Shown here: positions 1-8,752 of the stretch, one piece after another
Numbering within the stretch: the stretch's first letter is position 1
Layout: each line of letters opens with the position of its first letter
Sequence record: NC_048792.1
DNA length: 64,000 nt
Strand: one strand, 5' to 3'
The notes under the pieces: model-generated
What the model saw: only the letters and a program-made list of their open reading frames with translations
Database searches by the model: none
What the model was told of the DNA's origin: nothing
Translations under genes and position numbers: made by a program

Positions 1-20
1 ACCGTTTATGGAGCAATAAG

Positions 21-2135
21 ATGATACTGCACAAAAAAGATTGGGATAAGTTCCCCAGCGCAATTCCGCATATTACGACAAAAAATAAATCGTTCAAACG
101 ATTCGTCGGTGTGCTGCAGAAAATGGGGATCGAGAACTGTTGGTGGCCTTTGGCACTGCTCAACCCGGAGTTGGCTAATGTCGACCCATTCGACCCTAAC
201 CTGACTGACTCGCAGAAAGCAGCAGTCAAACTGGAAGCTGAATACAACATCTGGTATTACCTGAGGGAATGCGTTCTCGTACCTAACCCTGCAGGTGATG
301 GTGGCGATATGTTCCGTGCTAACCGTGCGAACATGTCCTTGATCTGGTCTTACATGAATCACGTAGCATATCTTCTGATTCAGCCTCGTCAGACTGGTAA
401 ATCGATTTCCTCTTATGTACTGTACAGCTGGTTACTTTACATCAAGTATCGTAAGACCCGTATCTCCCTGGTAACTAAGTCGGATGAACTGCGTGCTGAA
501 ACCACAACTAAGGTTAGACAGATTCGCGAGCTTCTTCCTCCGTACATGACCATTACGGATAAGACCGATACCATCGCAGGTGACAAGGCGACTTACAACG
601 TTCGTCAAAACTTACTGGCTGTTGCGGTATCGCGTTCTGACCCAGCGGGTGCTAACAAAGTTGGTCGTGGTAACACCTCCCCTACCGTAGGTTGGGATGA
701 GGCCCCCTTCATTACCCACATCAAGATTGCTTACACCGCAGCAATGCCAGGTATGAACGCCGCGATCAAAGCAGCGCGTGACCGTGGTATGCCATACGGT
801 ACCATCATGACAACTACTGCCGGTGAGCAAACAGACCGTGACGGTGAGTTCATCCACAAAATGTGGACTGAAGCAGCTCCATGGACTGAACACTTCCTGG
901 ACGCAGGGGATCAGGATAAACTGGAAGGGATGGTTAAGTTATCCTGTAAAGGCCGTCAGGTTCTGATCAACGGTACGTGGTCACATACTCAGGTTGGTGT
1001 TAGTGACCGTGAGCACTACGATAACATGGCACGTGCGCAGGCTGATGGCCCAGAGGCAGACCGTGACTTCTTTAACATCTGGACTTCCGGTGGTGCTAAT
1101 AACCCATTGGATAAAGGTACTCTGGCTCAGATCGTTGCAAGTCAGCGTTACTCGGATTACTCTGAAGTATTCGCTGGCGGCTACGTTATCCACTGGTATT
1201 TGAGTAAAGAAGAGCTAGAGGAACGTAGACCTAACCTTCAGATGATTGTGGGCGCCGATACCTCCGAAGGCGGCGGTAACGATGCCTTGACGCTCATCTT
1301 CACTGACCCGTATGATTTGTCGGTGCTAGGTACTTCGGTCATTAACGAGGCGCTTATTCCTAAGTACGCTGAGTTCCTCCATCAGATGTTAGTTCGTTAT
1401 CCTAAGTCAGTCTTTATCCCTGAACGTAAGTCAACCGGTCAAACCTTTATCGACTACTTGTGTATCATGTTGCACAAAGACGGTATCGATCCATTCACTC
1501 GTATTTACAACACTATCGTAAACGAGTCGGACAGTGACCGTGTTGCATTCCAGGAAATCAAAGGGTCGATGGATCATCGCGATGACTCGTTCTACATTCG
1601 TCGTAAAACGAAGTTTGGTTTCTGTACCGGTACCACAACTCGCCGTACTCTCTACAGCGAGATTCTTCAGATTGCTGGTAAGAAAGGCGCGAGTCGTGTG
1701 CACGATAAAGTACTGATCTCCGAACTGACTGGACTGGTGTCCAAGAACGGTCGTGTCGACCACGCTTCGGGTAAACACGATGATACCGTCATCGCATGGT
1801 TACTGAGCGTCTGGTTGCTCGTATACGGTCGTAACCTCGACTACTACGGCATTGATGCTCGTCGTGTAATGACACGTGCTCTGGAAAGCTCTGGGATGTC
1901 TAAGGAAGAAGAACAACGCCACATGGACATCGAAGCGTTGCAACGTCAGATTGAAAGTACCCTTGAGCAACTCAAGAGTGCAGATAGTCCAGCGTTGGCT
2001 ATTCGCTACGAGAAACGAATCACTCACCTCAGCGAGATGTTAAGTGAGATGGGTATCGATTCTGTAAACATCTCAGGTAAGATCGAAGAGATCAATGACG
2101 AGCGGAGACGTAAGGTTTACAACAACTATTACTAA
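21..2135 (+). CDS. terL: Terminase large subunit (phiKZ-like)
   Basis: 704 aa. Walker A (QPRQTGKS), Walker B (VGWDEAPF) and C-terminal RNase H-like nuclease motifs (GADTSEG, HDDTV). Confidence 0.9.
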   Translation: MILHKKDWDKFPSAIPHITTKNKSFKRFVGVLQKMGIENCWWPLALLNPELANVDPFDPNLTDSQKAAVKLEAEYNIWYYLRECVLVPNPAGDGGDMFRANRANMSLIWSYMNHVAYLLIQPRQTGKSISSYVLYSWLLYIKYRKTRISLVTKSDELRAETTTKVRQIRELLPPYMTITDKTDTIAGDKATYNVRQNLLAVAVSRSDPAGANKVGRGNTSPTVGWDEAPFITHIKIAYTAAMPGMNAAIKAARDRGMPYGTIMTTTAGEQTDRDGEFIHKMWTEAAPWTEHFLDAGDQDKLEGMVKLSCKGRQVLINGTWSHTQVGVSDREHYDNMARAQADGPEADRDFFNIWTSGGANNPLDKGTLAQIVASQRYSDYSEVFAGGYVIHWYLSKEELEERRPNLQMIVGADTSEGGGNDALTLIFTDPYDLSVLGTSVINEALIPKYAEFLHQMLVRYPKSVFIPERKSTGQTFIDYLCIMLHKDGIDPFTRIYNTIVNESDSDRVAFQEIKGSMDHRDDSFYIRRKTKFGFCTGTTTRRTLYSEILQIAGKKGASRVHDKVLISELTGLVSKNGRVDHASGKHDDTVIAWLLSVWLLVYGRNLDYYGIDARRVMTRALESSGMSKEEEQRHMDIEALQRQIESTLEQLKSADSPALAIRYEKRITHLSEMLSEMGIDSVNISGKIEEINDERRRKVYNNYY

Positions 2136-2153
2136 TCCACTTGGATTGAGATC

Positions 2154-2169
2154 TATATTACTTTAATGA
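2154..2169 (+). promoter_or_regulatory. Early (virion RNAP-type) promoter, TATATTAC-N5-TGA
   Basis: TATATTAC matches the phiKZ early promoter consensus. The same motif with TGA 5 nt downstream recurs at 17599, 25645, 34050, 39239, 49195 and 61024. Confidence 0.75.
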
Positions 2170-2175
2170 TAGCTG

Positions 2176-2197
2176 AGTAGTGGCTTCGGTCACTACT
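2176..2197 (+). terminator. Hairpin, probable intrinsic terminator
   Basis: agtagtggc-ttcg-gtcactact just after the terminase stop. Confidence 0.6.
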
Positions 2198-2247
2198 CCT
2201 ATTTTACATCCATCCTGAAATAACTATGACCAACTGAGGAGAACATT

Positions 2248-3240
2248 ATGTCTGTTATGAACTTTGAGAAATTTGTTACCCGTGAAAAGAATCGTTATTC
2301 TGTTTACAAGCTTCATGAAATGTACGTCATGAAAGATAACGATGAAATTATCTCGGTGCTACGTAAAGATCGCCCTCTGGATTCAGAAACAGAGATCGTC
2401 GTTATTACTGAGCGCGGTGAGTCGGGTATCTGGTATCTGGGCTTGCAGTCCGGCAACATGAATAACCGTAAGGAGATTAAACGTCTCCTGAAAAGAAATG
2501 CACCTAAGGGCGTTAAGTTTGAGTTCTTCGAAAAGATCCGCTTCAAAATCGACGGCAATCAACGCTTCCTGACATCTGCGGGCAATCGTATCGCAGAAGG
2601 GGCAATGAACGAAGACTTCAACAACTGGCGTGGGCCGTTCAGTGGTCGTCAGTGGAAAGAAGATCTGGGTGGTAAATTCAAAGACTACCTGAAAGAACAG
2701 TTCGACTTGCAATGGGCTCACAAAGCCATTTGTCAGCGTCGCGGTGAATATCAATATCTACCCGACGTTGCTCTGTTCTTCGATACCACTAAAGATCTGG
2801 TACTGAAGTTGATTAAGCGTCCTAATGACAAGGATAGCTGCGAAGGCTTCTACGTCGGTACGCTCTATGGTAAACCATTCGGTTACCACATAGACGGTAA
2901 CCAACCCAAGATCACTCAGATCGACGATTACGTCCGTCGGTCGGTTGCTGACATCACGCAGACTCCAATCGAATCTGTCGAACTCGAAGGCGAACGCTTC
3001 GCTACGGATGTTAACTACGATCGCGTTGCTGACCGCTGGATCCTCAACTCTACGATCGGCGAGATTGGTCACTTGGTCAAAGGGGTTCGTCCTGATAACA
3101 CTTGTGATATTCGCAAGCACGTTAAATGGACATACCGCGTTAACGGATTTGCTCTCAACGAAATTCCATTGTTGGAACCGTTGTTGGTAGAAAGTTTCCT
3201 TCGTGGTTACCATCGCCTTATTCAGCACACCACCGTCTAA
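2248..3240 (+). CDS. Hypothetical protein
   Basis: 330-aa ORF with GAGGAG RBS, downstream of an early promoter. No motif recognised. Confidence 0.75.
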   Translation: MSVMNFEKFVTREKNRYSVYKLHEMYVMKDNDEIISVLRKDRPLDSETEIVVITERGESGIWYLGLQSGNMNNRKEIKRLLKRNAPKGVKFEFFEKIRFKIDGNQRFLTSAGNRIAEGAMNEDFNNWRGPFSGRQWKEDLGGKFKDYLKEQFDLQWAHKAICQRRGEYQYLPDVALFFDTTKDLVLKLIKRPNDKDSCEGFYVGTLYGKPFGYHIDGNQPKITQIDDYVRRSVADITQTPIESVELEGERFATDVNYDRVADRWILNSTIGEIGHLVKGVRPDNTCDIRKHVKWTYRVNGFALNEIPLLEPLLVESFLRGYHRLIQHTTV

Positions 3241-3247
3241 GTGGCAT

Positions 3248-3280
3248 AAAAGAAAGGGCATTGCGCCCTTTCTTTTTTTT
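3248..3280. terminator. Bidirectional terminator
   Basis: aaaagaaagggc-attgc-gccctttcttttttt between convergent genes. Confidence 0.8.
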
Positions 3281-3287
3281 GTGTTTT

Positions 3288-4541
3288 TTAAGAGGGACGA
3301 ACACCAGTACGAGAATGAGAACTACCGCCAGCTTGATAATACTTCATCGTAACAGTACGCAGAACGATGTAGAGAATAACACCGGTACGTTCTGAACTTA
3401 CTGGGGTAGGCGGATTACGGCCCGTGGCTTTACGAACGAGATCGTCGCCGTTGGTACGCAGGAACATGACATCCGGCTCTTTGTTACGCGAGGCGTTGAT
3501 AACACCTTTCAACCCAGAGATTAACTCTGCCAGGTTTTGAGGGTTAATGCCGCGAGCATGGATAAAGTCGAAAGTATATTCCAACGTTCTCTCAACAAAA
3601 CTTTTCACCTTCTTGCCTTGTGGCTTAGAGTACATCGTAGAGATGAACGTAAGCGTCTCTGTTAAGAGTTTAGGCTGAAGGCTAGGGTTTGTCTTACTAA
3701 TCAGATCAACAAGTTCTGGTTTGATGAAGGAGCTTGTATCAGTGATAGTTTCGTTGAGGTAACGACGGTACATCGGGAACAGACGTTTAACATCGCGTAC
3801 TTCTAACGAGCCATCTACTTCAACCATAGTCGATGTAGCAATTACACGGTCGCCTGCTTCTTTGACTTGATAGTACAGCGCAGTCAGCGTCTTGATCACT
3901 ACGCGGATACGGGTCTGTATATCTGACAGGATGTATTTCACATCGTCGTCGTCATTGAAGCGAATAAAGGATTCGTAGTGAATCCCGTTAGTAGCGATGA
4001 TTGACTTGGCACGTTCCTCGATTAACTTAGCCCAGGTCTTGTATTGCTTAAGGTCGTACTTGTAGGACATTGCCTCGTAAGTACGCAGGGCGATCTGGGG
4101 ATCGGTACCGTACGGGAAGTACTGCGTTAAAATACCACAGATGAACTTAAAGTGCAGGACACGAATAATGTCGATTGCACAGTTCGTCTTTTGAGTCGGG
4201 TTCAACTTATCGCTAGTCAATACCCGGTGAACGAAGTAAATCGTTGTCAGGTTGAAAGCGTCAGTTGTAACGATGTGGTTAGGATCGATGTTGTCCAGGT
4301 TATCGATGTTGATCTTTAACGAGTCCATATCGGTCACTGCGATATTGTCGAACCATTCTTTCAGTTCGGTCATCGTCCAACGAACCTTGTGCGCTGCCAA
4401 TAGCCCTGAACCAAAGAAGGCTGAGTGCTCGCCTTTGTTCATGAATACACGGACAAAGGTATTTATTTTTTTGGCTAAGCTAGGGTCAAAGGAGATGTGC
4501 GAATAGGTGCTGTCGAAAAGCTGTTTGATTTCCACGGACAA
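3288..4541 (-). CDS. Conserved phiKZ-like protein, probable virion structural protein (start may be GTG at 4535)
   Basis: 417-aa ORF with AAAGGA RBS and an upstream TATG late-promoter-like motif on the minus strand. Position next to the terminase resembles phiKZ-like genomes. Confidence 0.6.
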   Translation of the reverse strand: MSVEIKQLFDSTYSHISFDPSLAKKINTFVRVFMNKGEHSAFFGSGLLAAHKVRWTMTELKEWFDNIAVTDMDSLKINIDNLDNIDPNHIVTTDAFNLTTIYFVHRVLTSDKLNPTQKTNCAIDIIRVLHFKFICGILTQYFPYGTDPQIALRTYEAMSYKYDLKQYKTWAKLIEERAKSIIATNGIHYESFIRFNDDDDVKYILSDIQTRIRVVIKTLTALYYQVKEAGDRVIATSTMVEVDGSLEVRDVKRLFPMYRRYLNETITDTSSFIKPELVDLISKTNPSLQPKLLTETLTFISTMYSKPQGKKVKSFVERTLEYTFDFIHARGINPQNLAELISGLKGVINASRNKEPDVMFLRTNGDDLVRKATGRNPPTPVSSERTGVILYIVLRTVTMKYYQAGGSSHSRTGVRPS

Positions 4542-4654
4542 GGTCCTTTGGTCAGTTATTCAAAAAGTTACATACCAACCGATTTCAAACAATTTTCAAG
4601 TCTATATAACCGTGGCGCAAGGGTAGAAGTAATACCTTTTGTAAATAAAACATA

Positions 4655-5495
4655 ATAGGACTTACCCCGGTTTTACCCGAGGTAAGCCTCTGTCATCAAT
4701 CAACCTTAATAAGGGAACTACTTGTAACAATGAATCAACCTAAGTTAACTCTCAGCAAAAAGGAAGTAGTTAAAGCTACTCTGTTTTGACCTTAAGGTAA
4801 TCTCTACTTAAGGTCGGAAGGCACCGCCATAAGGCCGTGTCCTACAGAGACCCCGGATGTTCTGGGGTGAGAGTGTAACGATGAGTAAACGAACCGTAGT
4901 ACCCACTAGTAAATACAACCCAGTTACGGGTCTGTCACCTATAGTTAACGGGATCAAAAAGATCTTCGTTAAACGCATAAGGCGTTTCAGGATATCAAGA
5001 TCGACCAAGTTAAGGAATAGACAACGGTCCCTGAAAATTTACGAGTCATTGAATGACCTAGATCGAGGTAAAGGTGCTGCAGCCCCCTGCTTTACTTAAC
5101 CAGATCTATTGGCGGGAGGACTGATAAGGAAGTAATGTTAATCCTAGGTAGCGCCGTAGGTGAGGTTACAAAAGCGCCTAGTTGGGCTTCGGTAATATTC
5201 TCGCCAGTGGCGCTATTCTTCGGAATACCAAAACTATTAATCAGTCTTACTTTATTAACGGTCAGCGCGATTATGCGCTATTTCCTCATCGGAAGGTGTC
5301 GCCGGCAATTAAGCGACTTCCGTAAATCCGAAAGACATAAAGCAGAAGTTAATGGGATCGTTACTACAATAACGATGGTCTTAGACTCCATGCGTCAAAC
5401 GGATTAAACTGTCGGTCAATTCTAAAACGGATTGCTCCCCGACCCATAATTCAAGGAGGTGAAAGGTGCCCGTGTTACCAGCACGGGCATCGCCC
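4655..5495 (+). ncRNA. Candidate large structured non-coding RNA (~850 nt)
   Basis: More than 12 hand-found helices, including nested multibranch domains and crossing long-range pairings. Only weak ORFs lie in the region. Confidence 0.45.
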
Positions 5496-5562
5496 AAACA
5501 CGTTTACAACCTGTTTCATAAAATGAAACTATACGTACTTTTTTAAACTGAGGATTTCGATT

Positions 5563-5895
5563 GTGGCTATCAATACTATCTTGGATGCAAAGGTTCGTCT
5601 CGAAGAACTTCGTAAAGTGGTAGGTTCCGTTTCTCTCAATAACGACGAATCGCGTAAACACGCTTTTTTAACGGTGCGTACAATTACAGTGGGTATTGCT
5701 GATGTCATCATGCATGACTTCGGTAACGATTACGCACGGCTCTTACTCAGCGCCGATCATTATCATCTTTATAGCTGGGCAACTGCTACAGCGTTCTACT
5801 GCAGTAAGATGTTAACAGAAGATAACTCTTCTAAGTTAATTCGTGCAATCCATTTCCTCGACGATCAGATTGAAGATCAGCTCGAAAAACTGTAA
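5563..5895 (+). CDS. Hypothetical protein
   Basis: 110 aa, GTG start with GAGGA RBS. Confidence 0.65.
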   Translation: MAINTILDAKVRLEELRKVVGSVSLNNDESRKHAFLTVRTITVGIADVIMHDFGNDYARLLLSADHYHLYSWATATAFYCSKMLTEDNSSKLIRAIHFLDDQIEDQLEKL

Positions 5896-5935
5896 TTCCA
5901 TTTAATCCATTTTCACTAATAAAGAGGTATTTATC

Positions 5936-6370
5936 ATGGCTATTAACTTCACTGAAAAACAAACTCGTTCTATCACTGCTGCACGTATCGCTGGTCTGGT
6001 TCAGGCATTGGCTCATGAAGTCGCAATGTTCGGTCGTGATCCACAAACTCTGCTGGAAACTGAATACCTGCCACTGTACTCTCAACTGCAGGATCTGGGC
6101 TTCAATACCAAAGGCGACATCAAATGGATGCTGCTGCAGGATCTGGAGCGCAACCATGGTATCGCGTTCCACAAAACCGATCTGGGTTTCGGCTTCCAGT
6201 TCAAAGGCCTGACTCTGGAAGTAGCTTCTAAAATCGAAGCGCAAAACTCAACTGGCGGTAAGGACTTTCCTTCCGTCATCCGTAACCGCGAAGCCAAATA
6301 CAAAGGCTACGAAGTCGTTTACGCTGTTGCAACTAAAACTGGTAGCGACCACGCGATCGTACGCGCTTAA
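5936..6370 (+). CDS. Hypothetical protein, probably highly expressed
   Basis: 144 aa, AGAGGT RBS, strong CTG/ATC/AAC/CGT/GAA codon bias. Confidence 0.75.
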   Translation: MAINFTEKQTRSITAARIAGLVQALAHEVAMFGRDPQTLLETEYLPLYSQLQDLGFNTKGDIKWMLLQDLERNHGIAFHKTDLGFGFQFKGLTLEVASKIEAQNSTGGKDFPSVIRNREAKYKGYEVVYAVATKTGSDHAIVRA

Positions 6371-6405
6371 AATCATCGCTGTTTTTCGATAAGTAAGGAA
6401 ACAAA

Positions 6406-7170
6406 ATGACCATTAACAAATTCCCTCATGAAGTCTCTGAGAAATTGGGCTGGTACGTTTATACTCTCACTAATCCTCTGAATAATGACGAGGTGTTCTA
6501 CGTTGGTAAGGGTTGTGGTAATCGCATCTTCGCTCATGTTAATGATCAACTCAAAACCAAGGATGCGAGTAACCTTTCACTTAAACTGGGAACGATTAAA
6601 GAGATTCATGAATCCGGTCTGGAAGTAGGTCACAACATCGTGGCCTACAACTTAAGGGATGAGACAGAAGCCTTTGCCGTAGAATCTGCTTTGATTAACG
6701 TCTACCCTAACTTGACAAATGAAGTCAAAGGACACGGTAATAAATTCGGCGTACTTACTGTCGAAGAAGCCATTGTCCAATACGGGGCTGAGGAAGCTGT
6801 TCTGGAAGATGACGTCTTGATCATTAAGATCAATGACAGTTACGATAAGATGAGTACTTACGACGCAGTACGTTTCTCCTGGCCGGTAGTCGTTAGTCGC
6901 GCTAGTAGAGCTAAAGCTGTGCTGGCCGTTGCTAACGGTATCGTTCGCGGCGTTTTTGAAGTAGACAGTTGGAAACCTGCTACTCCAGAAAACTTCCCTG
7001 AGATGTATCGTTTAAGAACCATCGAAGATGTTGCTAAAGAAAGCAAAAGAAAAGCTTTCTCAGGAAGGGTGGCTTCAGAGCCACTCTATTCCCGTTACAT
7101 TAACAAAAAGCTCCCTGCTGAATATTCCTTAAAAGGTTCTCAGCAATCAATCCGTTACAATTTCAAATAA
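6406..7170 (+). CDS. GIY-YIG nuclease of the LEM-3/ANKLE1-like type
   Basis: YVYTLTNP...FYVGKGCGNRIFAH, later FAVESALI and LTNEVKGHG. Confidence 0.7.
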   Translation: MTINKFPHEVSEKLGWYVYTLTNPLNNDEVFYVGKGCGNRIFAHVNDQLKTKDASNLSLKLGTIKEIHESGLEVGHNIVAYNLRDETEAFAVESALINVYPNLTNEVKGHGNKFGVLTVEEAIVQYGAEEAVLEDDVLIIKINDSYDKMSTYDAVRFSWPVVVSRASRAKAVLAVANGIVRGVFEVDSWKPATPENFPEMYRLRTIEDVAKESKRKAFSGRVASEPLYSRYINKKLPAEYSLKGSQQSIRYNFK

Positions 7171-7180
7171 GGAAACCATC

Positions 7181-7531
7181 ATGCATAGCGTAAACGCCAT
7201 TATCCGTACTATCGAAACTAACCCAGAGTTTGACAAAATCGCTGCCCCGTTCAACCGTACTTTGGTTCTGGCTCGTAAAGGCAAAGTCAAAAAGATGATC
7301 AAAATGATCGAGTCTTTGGCTAACGAGCCTACTGAGCTGTACGTCATCAGAATAGAAACTGGCGATAGCTGGTTCAAAACTCCGGTCGGTGGCGATCACT
7401 GGATCCTTAGCCGGACTGAAATCTCTCGTCTGCGTGCCGCACTTTATCGTGCGATCGAAAAGGATAGCTATCCTGTCAAGCTGAGCCGTACCATCGTTCA
7501 GTATCAGCCGATCGTAAACTTCGTAAAATAA
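7181..7531 (+). CDS. Hypothetical protein, paralog of 7553..7930
   Basis: 116 aa. Aligns by eye with the next ORF. Confidence 0.65.
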   Translation: MHSVNAIIRTIETNPEFDKIAAPFNRTLVLARKGKVKKMIKMIESLANEPTELYVIRIETGDSWFKTPVGGDHWILSRTEISRLRAALYRAIEKDSYPVKLSRTIVQYQPIVNFVK

Positions 7532-7552
7532 TTAACCTCGAGGCCAGAACAA

Positions 7553-7930
7553 ATGAGCACCATGGAAATTCTGTTATCCCACGTCGAATCTAAAGTTTGG
7601 CACAAGACTATCGATATTAGCTATCGTGAAATGAAACGCGCTGTATCGGCTTTAGAAGAGTTGTTGGATGAACCTGTACAGTTTGTCAACTTTGAAGATG
7701 GCGCGATGCGTGATCGGATTAGCGACTCTGTGAATGAGGTTTTGGAGTTGTCCACCGCTAAGTTCTGGTCTGGTTGGAAATTCATCTACAAAACCGAAAT
7801 CGTTTATACACTCAGTCGACTGGATGCAATCCGTTTAGTCGGTGAACTGAAGCGTCGTCTGGAAACCGGTAATACTTCGCCTGTAAGCTTCACTATCGAA
7901 CGCATTCGCAGACTGCCTATCATTCGTTAA
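7553..7930 (+). CDS. Hypothetical protein, paralog of 7181..7531
   Basis: 125 aa, GAGG RBS, followed by terminator ggagagggc-tacg-gctctctcc. Confidence 0.65.
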   Translation: MSTMEILLSHVESKVWHKTIDISYREMKRAVSALEELLDEPVQFVNFEDGAMRDRISDSVNEVLELSTAKFWSGWKFIYKTEIVYTLSRLDAIRLVGELKRRLETGNTSPVSFTIERIRRLPIIR

Positions 7931-7995
7931 TAAAACTATAGGAGAGGGCTACGGCTCTCTCCGCTTATTTTCTCTATTTTAAAAAGGATACTATC

Positions 7996-8316
7996 ATGGA
8001 ACAGTGCATCTTCGATTCAGTTTTGGTTGCAGACTACAAAAAGACTATCATCCGTACTTTAGATCGTAAAACTGTAGTTATTCCGCTTGACCAAATTCAA
8101 AAGGTCGCTTCTTTCGTTTCGATCACTAAAGATGAAGCTACTGGCTTTGTTCGTTTCTCTTTCTTTGGTGAGCGTAAAGATCTTTTTGTTCAAGTGGACT
8201 TCGGTAAGATGGACGAAGACACTCTGCAATACCCTGGACTGATCCGTGAAGGTATTCAAACTGTTCTGGATCGTATCATCGGCTGCTACAACGTCGACGC
8301 TATTGTTAATAAGTAA
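7996..8316 (+). CDS. Hypothetical protein, possibly PH-like beta fold
   Basis: 106 aa, AAGGA RBS, segment VIPLDQIQKV. Confidence 0.6.
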   Translation: MEQCIFDSVLVADYKKTIIRTLDRKTVVIPLDQIQKVASFVSITKDEATGFVRFSFFGERKDLFVQVDFGKMDEDTLQYPGLIREGIQTVLDRIIGCYNVDAIVNK

Positions 8317-8326
8317 GGAGTCAGTA

Positions 8327-8737
8327 ATGAGTAAGAACGAAGAACATCACAATGCGGAAGCGCGCTTAACTGTACAATCTTTCTTCGAGGCCTTGGGTCT
8401 GCGTACTCAACCTAAGTTGCCGGAAGGGATTATTGGTTACAACGGCCAAGTAAACATTTCGTTGCTCCGTGGGATTATTAACGCGCATCCTCTGCGTCAG
8501 TTGATCCAGGTTTCTAAAGCCAAGTCTGACTTCACTAGTTTGCCTATGGCCGTGCAGGATATCGTCAAGGCACTGTCTCGTTATGAAGATAGCGAGTGGG
8601 TACTCACTAAGTTTGGCGTATTCAAGTTTAAGCTGAAGAAGCCTAAGGAAGAAATTCAAACCGTGATTGAAAAATACCGGAATGAGATTCCTAACCACGT
8701 TTACGACAAACTGAAAAACGCATTGAAGTCGTGGTAG
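8327..8737 (+). CDS. Hypothetical protein
   Basis: AAGGAG RBS supports ATG at 8327 rather than 8246. Confidence 0.65.
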   Translation: MSKNEEHHNAEARLTVQSFFEALGLRTQPKLPEGIIGYNGQVNISLLRGIINAHPLRQLIQVSKAKSDFTSLPMAVQDIVKALSRYEDSEWVLTKFGVFKFKLKKPKEEIQTVIEKYRNEIPNHVYDKLKNALKSW

Positions 8738-8752
8738 ACCACTCTCTTTAAT

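Noticed and set aside
4603-4610. Early promoter TATATAAC for the large RNA candidate
   Set aside because: It has one mismatch and lacks the TGA found 5 nt downstream at all seven other sites, so it is not listed as a feature.
4857-5407. Two small ORFs (80 aa basic, 90 aa hydrophobic)
   Set aside because: Not listed as genes because they show no codon bias and overlap dense pairing. The second has a plausible RBS, so they are not fully excluded.
4655-5495. Group I intron or RNase P identity for the large structured region
   Set aside because: I could not find the P/Q/R/S or P7 consensus, flanking exons, or the RNase P P4 motif. It is left as an unknown RNA candidate.
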